Source of the DNA: Felis catus
Taxonomy: Eukaryota
Assembly: GCF_018350175.1 (NCBI RefSeq)
Contig: NC_058368.1
Location: forward strand, 72,232,001-72,296,000
Reading direction: 5' to 3'
Length of the DNA: 64,000 nt
Shown: in pieces, positions 13,348-27,029 of the stretch
How positions within the stretch are numbered: position 1 is the first letter of the stretch
Layout of the letters: each line of letters opens with the position of its first letter
The notes under the pieces: generated by a model
Databases searched by the model: none
What the model was told of the DNA's origin: nothing
Seen by the model: the letters and a program-made list of their open reading frames with translations, nothing else
Made by a program: the position numbers and the translations under genes

Positions 13348-13574
13348 CTTTTTCTTTTTTTAAAGTTTATTTATTTATTTTGAGAGAAAGAGTGACAGAG
13401 AGTGTGTGAGTGAGTGGGTCAGAGGCAGAGAAAGAGGGAGAGAGAGAATCCCAAGCAGGCCCCGCACTGTCAGCACAGAGCCTGATGCAGAGCTCGGTCT
13501 CACAAATGTGAGCTCATGATGTGAGCTGAAATCAAGAGTTGGATGCTGAACCGACTGAGCCACCCAGGCATCCC
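13348..13574 (-). mobile_element. SINEC
   Basis: Reverse-complement SINE ending ...gagccacccaggcatccc. Confidence 0.92.
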
Positions 13575-14209
13575 ATCCCTTCCTCCTTCTAAACACACAA
13601 AAAAGAACCACCCCCCCCCCTCCAAATCCACACACAAAACAAAGCCAAAATTAAAAACAAAGACATAGGATCTGGACTACCCTCCTAGTTAATAACTTCC
13701 CTGAAGCTTTTAACCAAATTCTAGGGCACTCCCAATTTCTTGGGAGCATAGGGCTCCCCTTCTGAATATGTAGTGATTCCTCAAAAATCAGATATGCATT
13801 ATGAGGTCTTCTTCATAATTTACTGTACTGTGATTGGATCGGTCTGAATGAAACATATTTCCTGTTCCAAAAAAAAATTCTAATCCCATATATAAAGGCC
13901 ATCATATTGGTTTTTGATCACATGAATAAATATTTTTAAAAACAGGAAATTCTACCATTTCCACTTTTATCTGCAAGTTCTCTGAAGACTTGTAATGACC
14001 GAATGAAATCAAAGGTATATAGTAAATGTGGGTTTTGTGCCAAACCCACCCACGGAGCTGATGAAACCATAGGTACCCTCACCCTATCACCCAGAAAAGC
14101 TGATGTGGTTGCTCTGGGTTTGGGCCTGTGCACGGGCATTGCTGAATAGCTCCCTCGGTGGGTCTGACTGCAGAAGGCACTTATCCCAGGGCTTTCCCAC
14201 GTTCCCTCA

Positions 14210-14667
<458 letters not shown>

Positions 14668-15339
14668 TTACAACGGGCTCTGGAAATGGGGAAACGCTTT
14701 TGAGAAAAAAACAATCGATATTTATCCACACTCATTTTCTCAATGACAAAAGCTCTTCTAAAGGGACTCAAATAGCATGCAATTTATTTTATTGTTCTTA
14801 TTCTTAGGATTTTGACAAAGTTGTTTTTGACTTCAGGCCAGGGCCCTTTCATTAGCAATAAAATAACTTTATGTTATATCTGTCCCTGTTAAATGCATCT
14901 AAGAGCGTGGAAAAGGAAAGGAACCCTCAAACCAAGTAAGCTATAATAAAAAATAATGTGTGCAGTACAAGCTTGCCATTTGGGGCTTAACACTTTCAGT
15001 GTGCTGAAAGCACTTGTTATGGTTTTAGCCAAAATGAAATAAATTTGAGAACTGGGTTTCATCTGAAGTCACTTTCCCACAGGGACACTAAAGTACCTTA
15101 GGCTCCAAAAATTAATGTGACGGAGCCTGTCTTTGGATTCCATTGTGTTTACTGAACACCGAAATGTAAGGCAATAAATCATCAAATAGCACTCTGTATC
15201 TCCACTTCTGGGAGAATCGTCTCATTGAAAATACTATTGATGATGGGAAGAAAGAGGAGCGAACAATATGCAGGCAGATTTTTGCTGTAGTGAAGAGAAC
15301 CTAAAATGCCATTCAGGGGAAAGACAGTGTTTGCCTTTC

Positions 15340-15655
15340 ATGACATTATGAGGGATGTGTTATTATTTCCCCACTTTATAGATGGGAAAACTAAGGCACA
15401 GAAAGAGTAAGTGATTTATCTAAGGGTGCACAAATAATAATAGGGGAACTTGAATTAATCCAGTCATTCTGGAAAGAGGCTCTGTGATGATACCAACTGT
15501 GATGGTATCTTGCCTGCTGACATCTTTTCTGTGGTTTGTTTTCCCCATCTGTAAAATGCATAAATAATAGCTCCTAGTGTGGTGAAGATAATTTCATTTC
15601 TGTAAAACACTGACACACAGTGGATACGTAATAAATTTTAGGTACTATTATTGTA
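15340..15655. mobile_element. Two MIR fragments in opposite orientation
   Basis: ccccactttatagatgggaaaactaaggcacaga (-) and ttccccatctgtaaaatg...ataatag (+). Confidence 0.65.
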
Positions 15656-18530
15656 AACATTGAAAATAGTTGCTTAATAGTATTTTGTGAGAAAACACAT
15701 AAGTAAAAAGTACTGTACTGAGTTAAAGTTGTTTGTAAAACACACATGATGCATATTGTTACTCACAAAACTGGTGAACATTCGCACCCCAATAAATGCC
15801 ATTGGTACAAATGGATTAAATATTATGGGATATAAAACCAATATCCACCCATCTATGTTCTAATCGCACAGAAATTTAAAACTAGACTCTTTATACAATC
15901 AGATGTCCAAACTAAGAAGGGGGTTACTAAAGTTGGCTGATGGCCAGCTGCCTCTCTGAGCCTGTGAATGAGGGAAGAATAATTAGAGCATCAATGGACC
16001 AAAGCATGCAGGACAACAGAAAGCCTTGTGGTAAATGGAGACAAATGGGACATATGCAGCCTTGAAAGAAAAGCTGAGAGAAAGAAGGAAAGCAAATACT
16101 CATTGAGAGAATGCCTATTATGCTAAGTACTGTATATAAAATATAACGTCATAGAATCATATTTTGTGCATTGGAAAGTTGTTGCCATAACAACTAGTAT
16201 TTGTAAATCCTACTTCGTTTTAAGGTTCTTTTACCTATTTAAATGCTCAGGAAAACCTCTGTCTAATTAGGCAGGTAGATGGGTAGGTGTGTATAAGAGC
16301 TGGTATTATCCATCACATCCTTTTACAGAAAAGGAAACTGAAGGTCACTGGATAATGAATTTGCCTGGGGTAGAAAATGACAGAACCAGAAACTGAGGCC
16401 ACACCATCAGTTACCAAGTCTTTTAAACTCTTTTCATCTTTACTATCTTACTTATATTTTCTCTTGCTCAAGACTGGGACTTTTCAAAGAGCGTATTTTC
16501 TCCTACTAACCTTAATTTGAATGAAGTCCATTTTTTTTTTCCTGAGGGACTATGGTGGCTAAGGTTGTAACATACTGAGAAAATCATACAGGCAGATGAT
16601 TTTTAAGGGTAAGATTCAGGGAAGAAAAGCATGCACAAAAAAATAAAATGCCAATAGAAAAACAGAAATGATTCTTTTCATTAATGATTCATACATACTA
16701 AAAATGTCCAAAATATTTGCTTTTGTGGACTGCATACGAAAGACAATTTTAACAAAACAAGTAATTTATGTTCCTTATTTTCTTCTAGTTATTTGAACTA
16801 CAACAGAAATGTGGCTACAAGAAATCCATTATGAGTAACTAGTAAAGCCTAATAGTTTTACCAATTGAGATTTACAGGTAAAATATGAGGACTGTCAATG
16901 TAAGACTACATTTGAGAGGAACACTGAATTATCCTTCTTCTATTTGTCCAGGTCCTTCAATATTAAATCTACAGGGAAGATGCTATTTGAAAGTAAGTAA
17001 AAATAACAGTATGTTCTTATCTCAAAGAGTTTCCTTCATTTTTTTCTAATTTGACACACGCACAAAGGGAAAGAAGTAGAAACCCACCATGCGGCTCAAA
17101 CAGCAGCATTTGTTGATACAAAGAGATCAGACATTTGTGAAAATGTAGCTAAAACACTTCCCAGAACAATGCTGACTGTTGAGGAAGTGAACTCCCCTGG
17201 GTCAAAGGCTAGGAGGATGCACCTATCAGTTGTAGAAGAGAAGGCATTTGGATAGGACCTTCCTCATCACTTTTCTGCTGCTGACTTTGCAAAGTGTACG
17301 AAAAGAAAATCCATTGGAAAGATTTTCCGATTGTTCAACATTTAAACGGACAAAAAATGGAGTTTATGAACATCTTATTTTCTCTGGGAAGTGAACAATG
17401 CTGGGGAAGAAGCCAAAGGTACCTAGCTCACACATGCTGCTCTCTGGTGCCTCCTGGTGCTTGTCCCTGGTGTGCTTAGCGGAGTCCAGTGCAGCTCTTA
17501 TCCAGCCCAGCTCACCTCCATTGCCTTCAGGCCACGCTGGGTTCTCAGATCTCCCAAGGAGTCCTGCGTGCACCTGTGTCTCCTATCACACTTACTCCTG
17601 CTGCCTAGTTTATCTCCCTCACTAGCACTGACTAGCTGACTAACTTGGTGAGCACTCTAAGTTAAAACTATCTTTCACTTCTGTACCTGGCATTGATGAG
17701 CACTCAGTTGTTGATAAATGAAGCCATTATCATGGTATTAAGACACAAAGGCTTTTCTCAAATATTTGCTTTTTTAAAAAAAATAATTCTTCCTCACTGT
17801 GATTATTGCACAATTTGGAAGCAAAGGGGATAATTTTATGATTGACTTTATGTTTTGCTGACTTTCAAAATTCACTTAAAACACATACATGTATGCAAAT
17901 TTCAAAGTCCACACTACATATAAACAAGAAAGTCTTCCTGTATTGTTTGTGCCACCATGGAAAATTTCTAGAAAATATTGTATTTTATATATACAAAATA
18001 TTTTCTAGATATATTCCAGAATACTTTAAGTCCATTTTAACTATAGAACTAAAGTTGCTACCTGAAAGGACCACATTTTGTTAAATGAATAATGATTCTA
18101 CAATAGCATGTGGGGATAGAATGCATTCTCTTACTGGAGAACATTGTGGCCTGCTCCAAAAATATCTCTGTGAAGCTATTGGAATTGTACCACTTTCTTA
18201 GACTCCAAATTCTCAAAGCATAAATTCAAGTTGTATAAGAAACAAAATCACAATGACACTCAGCTCATCAATCCTCCTAATTTCAGGCACCTTTCCTGAC
18301 CTCTTTCACTGATGGTTTGAATTTAGTGGATAAGAAGACCTATTAGTCTATATTTGGAAAATAAGTTCCTGGGAACTTGCTATAGACTATATATATTGAG
18401 ACATAGCAGTGGATTTTTTTTTCTAGTTCTGAAAAAAATTATATTTCCTTTGTTTTGACTATCCTTAATATTACATTTATTGCTTGGCTGTCTTCTGCTG
18501 ACTCTTTTTCCATTAAAAAAAAGTGATGAT

Positions 18531-18769
18531 GGGGGCGCCTGGGTGGCGCAGTCGGTTAAGCGTCCGACTTCAGCCAGGTCACAATCTTGCGGTTCGTGAG
18601 TTCGAGCCCCGCGTCAGGCTCTGGGCTGATGGCTCAGAGCCTGGAGCCTGTTTCCGATTCTGTGTCTCCCTCTCTCTCTGCCCCTCGCCCGTTCATGCTC
18701 TGTCTCTCTCTGTCCCAAAAATAAATAAACGTTGAAAAAAAATTTAAAAAAAATAAAAAAATAAAAAAA
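18531..18769 (+). mobile_element. Young feline SINE (SINEC_Fc type)
   Basis: Near-identical to copies at 1, 39060 and 61991; TSD aaaaaaaagt(g/a)atga. Confidence 0.96.
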
Positions 18770-20167
18770 AGTAATGAATTGACTGTCTCCTGGGAATATT
18801 GCCTATTGTTTACTCTAGTCATAGGTTACAAAATACCATGAAGACATTCAACTTTCAAAGAACAGGGCCACAAAACTGTGGTGACAACTAATAATAAGCT
18901 ACTAACCTGGGGTCCCACCATTAGACTCCTCTTCAAACCCAAAATATATGTGATGCTATTCTAATGATGGTGATACCCAATCCATTGTGAAAATAAAAGG
19001 GGAGGAGTTAGAGTTGGTGATGTAAGCTTGAGACAGTTGAATAAGTAAATACATCAGGCTTTAGTCTGGACAATAACCTTTACCTTCATACTCAAAATTC
19101 CCAATAGAACCCAGAAAGTTCCTTTTAGGACCATCCATTCCATCCTCTCTCTCACTGTTCAAGGATCCTTGGGGAAATGTTCCTGAATTTTAATGCCTCC
19201 AGTGATAGAGAACACAGAACCTCTTGAGGCAGCCCCATTCCAGGTCTGACAACCCATCCCATTGGATGTTGGCTCTGGCTCGGTCCCTCTGGAATGTGCT
19301 CTCGGTTTTGCAAACCATAGAAAGCTACAGGAGTCTGGAAGTGGTCCCTTCACTTCCAGAGTGAATCATCCCTCCTTCTACAATCCTGCTACAGTTACTT
19401 ATTTTCTTATCTGGTCCTTTAACGTTCTCAACCTGCTGTACTTTTGATGAAACTGACCTGATTGTCTGGCTTCATTTCCCACCAGGCTCAGACTCTCACT
19501 TTTGGAGGGCACAGTGATGGTATTTTTGTTATTCAAGAACATCAGTTTCCTTCAAACTTATTCTAAGTTGCTCTTTCTGTTCCTCTGGCTGCCTTTGATA
19601 GGATCTCACTCTTTGGACATCAGCTGATTGAGTTTTCCTCTACTATAATCCAGTCTGAGCATCCCCTTCAGTTGGAAGGGAAAAGAAAGTTACATGCTTC
19701 TCTACCACTACATTTGAATGTCTGTGATCAAAAAGTGCCTCAATAATCTGCTCTTAACAAGTATATTTAACTGTGGAAGGATAGAATCACCATCCTAGAC
19801 CCCAAAATGATGCTTATTTGATCAACTACAGTTGCAATGACTAAATATACAGTCCTGGAATGTGGTCCAATAAGTAAACACACATAAAGAGCTTGATCTT
19901 TGCATGTTTCCATTACTAAAAATACAACTCGTTCAAGATGGATTGTGCTCATTGGTGCTCATTTGTTTTGTCGTGTTTGCATTCATATAACTTGCTCTCC
20001 AATTAAATTGTTTTTTTAAACTCTAGAATTGCTCCATAGAATGATATTCTTAATAAACCACAAAAGTAATAGAAAAGAAGGGCTTTGCATAGCTTAAGGG
20101 GGGAATTGACTGAAGTCACTCAAAGGTAAGTTGTCCTGTCAGTTTGAACTGAGGTAGAATTCACTGG

Positions 20168-20222
20168 GTTTTTGTTTGTTTGTTTGTTTGTTTGTTTGTT
20201 TTGTTTTTTTTTTGTTTGTTTT
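20168..20222. repeat. (GTTT)n microsatellite
   Basis: Repeated gttt units. Confidence 0.9.
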
Positions 20223-20265
20223 AATTCCTGAAGTGTCACTCACTGGCTTAGTTGACACTCTCACC

Positions 20266-20463
20266 CAGGGTTCCTCAACTTTGGCACCAGTGACATTTGG
20301 GGCTAAATAATTTGGGGGCCTGTTCTGTGCACTATAGCATCCTGACCTCTATCCACTAGATTCCAAAAGCACTCCCAACCCTCAAGTTGTGAAACCAGAA
20401 ATGCTTTCAGACATTGCCCAGTAGCCCTTGGTGGGCTGAATCGCCCCTGGTTGAGAACAACTC
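20266..20463 (-). mobile_element. MER20-like hAT-Charlie DNA transposon relic
   Basis: Termini cagggttcctcaac...ggttgagaacaact; internal tgacatttgggg, cctctatccactaga, cagacattgcc match the recalled MER20 consensus. Confidence 0.8.
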
Positions 20464-23400
20464 TTCTAATTGACAGTCTTTTTGATTCTGTAGCTTTGCC
20501 CTACAGTGCCTAGCTCTGGGCCTTGCATATGATTTGTATTTATTAAGTATTTTGAATTGAATTGAAGTTCTTCTCTTGACACAGGGAAGAATGGAACACT
20601 TGTGAGGTTTCTCAAATTTCTCCTTGGCTTATTATGAACGGTTTGGAGGTTAAACAATTTGAGGCCAAAGGAGAGACCTAAAAATGCATTTCTGGACTAT
20701 ATTTACAATAGTCTACATTTGAATTTGACATTTTATTCATCTCTACAGATTTCTGAAGGCTAAAAGCCTAGATCCTAAGACATCATTTGTTTATATAAAG
20801 TATTTGCCACACGGTGGATAGCTCAATAGTACCAGTACATTAATATTTATGAGTTTTCTGTTGGAAGAAAATCTTATTATTTTTTTTTTTTGATTTCCTG
20901 CAATTTTATAAGATGACTGTACACACATGTAACCTGGGGGGGGGATATTTTAGTTTGCAGAATGAGATATTAAAAGTGTATATTAATTACGTTTTATAAA
21001 GAAAAATCACATATTTTGAATGAAATAAATGGCACAAAATCTTCCTCACCAAAGATTATAGTGACCCTTCCTGAATTATTCCAAAACAAACCACAAACAC
21101 ACGTTTTACACGTTTTTCAGATTTTACGTCTGAAGAAGGCATTCGTTATATTCACAGACACAGAAGAAAATGGACACATCTGTAGTCTATGTTCACGACT
21201 CTGGGCTGTGGGGACCATGAAGCAGGGTGTCAAACAGAAGGCTGCTAAACAGCACGTGACATGTGTGGGTAGGTCTCAACAGTGGGATCTAAGCAGCCAC
21301 GACCGAATTTCAAACCGCACGGTGGCTTCTCTAATTCAACTACAACTTGTAGCTTGGGGTCACCTTTGACCACAGAATCTACTCTGAAATCCTTTATGTT
21401 TTGGCGAGCTCTCTGTTTGTTTCACCTCTGGCAATTTCCCCACTCCCAGGGATAAACATTCTCCTGCACATTTTAAGGACACATTTAAACATTGTAGCCA
21501 AGGCTCAGCTGTGAGCTTCACTGCAACGTTCTACATGTCTTTCTCCCACCAAACGGCTGCATACCATTTACCTCTTCACAAGAACTGCACACTCAAATCC
21601 TGATAGTGGGACCTGTGGTGGTAATACATTTTACCCAACAGTGGTTATCATAAAAGCAAACACCAATCAGAGATATGTATTCTTATAGTGGACATCTGGA
21701 TTCAACCTAATAAAGCTTTGTCACTAAAGCTGAATGTATCCACATACATGACACGTGAATCAAGTCAGCAGACCAGCATTAGCAAGAAAGGTCCATCCTG
21801 AATTACAGATGTTTATTGCACAATAAACCAGCTAGAATTAAATTACCTGGAATGATGTCACTTTTCTGAAGAATAAAACCTTTATGAACAATGTTTTATA
21901 TTCCTTGGGATCATGTTTAATTTTACTAAGATATATATGCAAAATAGTTAATTCAAGTGTTTCACCTGATAGAGAGTGATGTGACCTTATGATTATAACA
22001 ATCTGCACAGAACTCATCCAATGCTCATCTAAGGATCCACACACACATTCAGGCTGGGAATTGCCATGTGGCCATCAAAACAGCAAAACAAAACACTTCT
22101 TATTTGCTATTCCAGAACAGGGAGCAAACACAAAAAGGACTTCCTTTATTCTAAATGTTTTAAAATGTATTTATAAACCTTATTTGGGGGTAAATGTTAG
22201 CTTAGTTTTGTTTTGTTTTTATAGTTAAGCACTTCTTGGGAACCACATTGCCTCACTGCTGAAATCACTTTATCTATTACCTTAAAACCTCACTCAGAGC
22301 ACTAAACTGCAATCAGATCAAAGGCCATATAGAAAAAAACATGTATATGTTTCTATACATTTTCTAACTTAAACCTTTTAAGTAAGTAATAAAGATTCTT
22401 ACTTGAAATGTATTTCTTCAGATGTAGAAAATTTCTACACTTCCAAGTTCTAAATGTAAAACACTTCTAGAAAAGGAGAGGTGAAAGCTTTAATACTATG
22501 GTATTCACAAATGGAAAAAGAAGTGTTGACAAGGCCGGATGCTGACATTGGCAGGAAAGTTCGGGTATTAAAGTAGAACAGTTCCAAGAGCGCTTAGTCC
22601 ATGTGCCAATGAAAACACTCCCTGCCTCTGGGGCTGGGCCATTTCCATGTAGGCTGGGAATGAAAGCAGCAGAGGAGAGGTCATGACAGGTACTGGTTAC
22701 CTTCTGCCTTTGAGGAGATTTGACTTCAGATCGAAAGAACTTCTTTAAAGTTACTTCCTGTTAGTTAACTTAAAAAAACTACACTTAGCCACAATTAGCT
22801 TTTAGTTATCTTCCGTAACATTCAAATTGTCCACTACGTCTTATCTACTGACACAGTGTCAGCCAGTTAACCATTCTGGGCCTCAGCTCCCTATAAATAG
22901 AATATAATAATGATGATACGTGTTGGTCACCACTAACGCACTAAATAAATGTCATTTAGTAACCTTTTAATTTTCTCAAAAAAGGAAGCAATACATACAT
23001 GCCAAAAATATGATTTCTTTTAGAGTGTTGTAGCTTCATCACCAATCTTTGAAAATTTATTGGAAATGACAGTCAAAAGAAATGAAGGCAAAAAGGCCAG
23101 AATTTCATGTAAGTTTTGGTGAGTTAATAGTTTTGACATTAGAATTTCATAATAATCCAAAATTAGAATCAAGTACAGTATTTGGAAAAAGGACCAAGAC
23201 TTTCTTGTCTTCATATTCTGGGACACATATAGTTCACATCTCTGTATCACCATGCATAGGCAATGAAAAATAAGAATTAACTCTAAGGTAAACCTGGTCC
23301 ATCTACCTCAGAATGGCCACAACAGCGAAAATTTGTTTCAATTTTAATAGGAAGGCTGACTGATTTATAAAGTAAGCATAAGATCAAAAGATCAGCCAAA

Positions 23401-23757
23401 ATTAGAAATAAATAATTTGACATTTTTGCTCATAAAGGCATGTTAAAATTGAATCAGGTCTACTACAAAGGAAGTAAGATAGCTGAGTGATATTAAACAA
23501 ATGTAATTTACAATAAATATGATATATGAAATACAAATAACATATGGCTTTAACTAAGAATAAAGTTTTTATCTGTGCTATGATAAATATAAAATTTCCC
23601 TGATTTACAATAAAAAAAACTTAAAAAGTTATATGGTAATATAAAACTAAATATAAGAAGATGTTGGTGAATTCTTACAAACATTTAAAGAATACCTATT
23701 CTTCTGAAACTATCCTGTTTTTTTCTTCTGAAGCCATTCTAAAAAATAGAAAAGAAA

Positions 23758-23966
23758 GGAGGCATCTGGGTGTCTCAGTCAGTTAAGTGTCTGAATTAGG
23801 CTTAGGTCATGATCTCCCAGCTCGTGAGGTCGAGCTCCGTGTCAGGCTCTGTGCTGACAGCTCAGAACCTGGAACCTGCTTCAGATTCTGTGTCTCCCTC
23901 TGTCTCTGCCCCTCCCCTGCTCTCTCTCTCTCTCTCTCTCAAAAATAAAGATTAAAAAATGTTTAA
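23758..23966 (+). mobile_element. SINEC nested in the L1
   Basis: TSD aaaaaatagaaaagaaagga at 23741-23760 and 23967-23986, duplicating L1 ORF2 sequence. Confidence 0.93.
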
Positions 23967-26134
23967 AAAAAATAGAAAAGAAAGGAAAACTTCCAAATTT
24001 ATTCTATGAGGCCGACATTACCCTCACACCAAAATGATATAAAGACACCACCAAAAAAAGAGAACTACAAGTCACTATCTCTGATGAACATAGATGCAAA
24101 AATCCTCAACAAAATACTAGCAAACTGAATTCAGCAATACTTTAAAAAAAATCATTCACCAAATCAAGTGGGATTTATTCCTGGGATGCAAGGGTGATTC
24201 AATATTCACAAATCGATCAACGTGATACATCACAGCAATAAAAAAAAAGGATAAGTACCATTTGATCATTTCAATAGAAGCAGAAAAAGCTTTTGACAAA
24301 GTACAACATCCATTCATGATAAAAACCCTCCACAAAGTGGGTCTAGAGGAAACATACCTCAACATAATAAAGGCCATATGTAAAAAACCCACAACTAACA
24401 TCATCTTTAATGGGGAAAAACTGAGAGCTTTTCCCATAAGGTCAGGAACAAGACAAGGATATTCACTCTCACAACTTTTATTCAATATAGTACTGGAAAT
24501 CCTAGCCACAGCAGTCAGACAACAAAAAGAAATAAAAGGCATCCAAGTTGATAAGGAAGAAGTAAAACTTCACTATCTGCAGATGACATGATACTATATA
24601 TAGAAAACTCAAAAGACTCCATCAAAAAAAAAACTGCTAGAACTAATAACCAAATTCAGTCAAGTCATAGGATATAAAATCGATGTACAGAAATCTGTTG
24701 CATTTATGTACACTAGTAAGAAAACAGCAGAAAGAGAAATTAAGGAAACAATCTCATTTACAACTTCACCACAAATACTAAGATCCCTAGGAGTAAGCCT
24801 AACAAAAGAGGTGAAAGACCTGTGCTCTGAAAACTATAAAACACTGATGAAAACACTGAAGACAGCAGAAAGAAATGGAAAGACATCCCATGCTCATAGA
24901 TTGACAGAAAAATATTGTTAAAAATATCTATACTACCCAAAGCAATCTGCACATTCAATGCCACCCCTATCAAAATACCAAGAGCATTTTTCACAGAACT
25001 AGAACAAATAATCCTAAAATTTGGAACCACAAAAGATCCTGAAGAGCCAAACCAATATTGAAAAAGAAAAGCAAAGCTGGAGGCATCACAATTCCAGACT
25101 TCAAGTTAGATTACAAAGATGTAATAATCAAAACAGTATGATACTGGCACAAAAACAGACACACAGATCAATAGAGCAGAATAGAAAACCTGGAAATAAA
25201 CCCAAAATTATAGGTCAATTAATCTTCAACAAAGCAGGAAAGAATACCCGGTATGAGAAAGGCAGTCTCTTTAATGAATGGTGCTGGGAAAACTGGACAG
25301 CAACACGCAAAAGAATGAAACTAGACCACTTTCATACACTGTACACAAAAATAAAATTTATCAGAGACCTAAATGTGAGACCTGAAACCCATAAAAATCC
25401 TAGAACAGAGCACAGGCAGTAACTTCTCTGACATTGGCAGTAGCAACTTTTTTTCTAAATAGTTCCCCTGAGGCAAGTGAAACAAAAGCAACAGTAAACT
25501 ATAGGGACTACATCAAAATAAAAAGGTTCTGCACAGCAAAGGAAACAACCAACAAAACTAAATGGCAACCAATGGAATGGGAAAAGACATCTTCAATTGA
25601 CATAGTCAATAAAGGGTTAGTATCCAAAATATATAAAGAACTTATAAAACTCAACACCCAAAAAACAAATAATTCAATTAAAAATGGACAGAAGACATAA
25701 ACAGACATTTCTCCAAAGAATACATACAGATGGCCTACACACATATAAAAAGATGCTCATCATCACTTATCATCAGGGAAATGCAATCAAAACCACAATG
25801 AGATATCACCGCACACTTGTCAGAATGGCTAAAATCAACAACAAGGAACAACAGGTGTTGGTGAGGATCTGGAGAGTGCACCCTTAGTGGAAATTAAAAC
25901 TGGTACATCCACTCTGGAAAACAATAGGGAGGTTCCTCAAAAAGTTAAAAATAGAACTATCTTATGATCCAGAAATTGCACTACTCGATATTTATCCAAA
26001 GAATATAAAAACACTAATTCAAAGGAATACATGCACTCCTGTGCTTATAACAGCATTATTTACAATAGCCAATAGCCAAGACATGTAAACAGCCCAAGTG
26101 TCCATCAATTCATAAATGGATAAAGAAGTGGCAT

Positions 26135-26207
26135 ATATATATATATACACAATATATATATTGAATATATATATTCAATATATATATTATGTATATATAT
26201 ATATTGA

Positions 26208-26250
<43 letters not shown>
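26135..26250. repeat. AT-rich palindrome followed by (CA)20 inside the L1
   Basis: Perfect palindrome 26151-26188; (CA)n 26211-26250. Confidence 0.9.
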
Positions 26251-26253
<3 letters not shown>

Positions 26254-27029
26254 GAATATTCAGCCATAAAAAAGAATAAAATCCTGCCATTTGCAACAGC
26301 ATGGATGGAGCTACAGAGTACAATGTTAAGAGAGAGAGAGAGAGAGTGAGACAGAGAGGAAGAGAGGCGAAGAAATAGATGTTAATTATAGAGAACAAAC
26401 TGATGGTTACAAGAAGGGGAGGTGGGTGGGGGATAGATAAAATAAGTGATGGAGATTAAGGAGTGCATTTTCATGATGAGCATGGGGGATGTACAAAAGT
26501 GTTGAATCATACACCTGAAACTCATATAACACTATGTGCTAACTCTACTGGAATTAAAATAAAATGAAAAAAACCAAGATGTTTTAACATCATCCATACT
26601 AATACTACAGCTGAATAGTTACAACTTTAATAGGAAATATTAACGAATTATGAAAAGTTTAAAACTATACATGGAGAATTTTTTGCCATATATCTTCACA
26701 TTGATAAACGTGTACAAAAATGTTCACAAAATTTTTCGTATATTTGCTGTCTACTTTTTCCATAAACTTTTAAGGCCAAAAACATATTTATGGTTAAAAA
26801 TGAAGTTTTCCAACTGGGTTAGGTTTATTATTTGGATGTGTCATAGATTCAATGATAGATTTATTAAGATTATACAAAGATGAGAAAAATGTTCATGCAT
26901 TAAATGCTGTGTTACTAAGGAAGCAAGATACTGTTATTCCTACGTGGCCAGCATTTCCAATGTAAACCACAACTCTACTAAGTGAGATAAGGATGTGAAG
27001 AAATAGTAATAAATTAACTTAAAAATATA

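Larger units (their letters stand above)
23666..26575 (+). mobile_element. 5'-truncated carnivore L1 (L1_Carn/L1MA9-like), degenerate ORF2 RT and C-terminus plus 3'UTR
   Basis: ORFs 24262..24591 ([19 protein letters not shown]...GTRQG), 24706, 25021 and 25434 are ORF2 pieces; frameshifted ADD motif near 24580; A tail; candidate TSD aagatgtt at 23658-23665 and 26576-26583. Confidence 0.93.
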
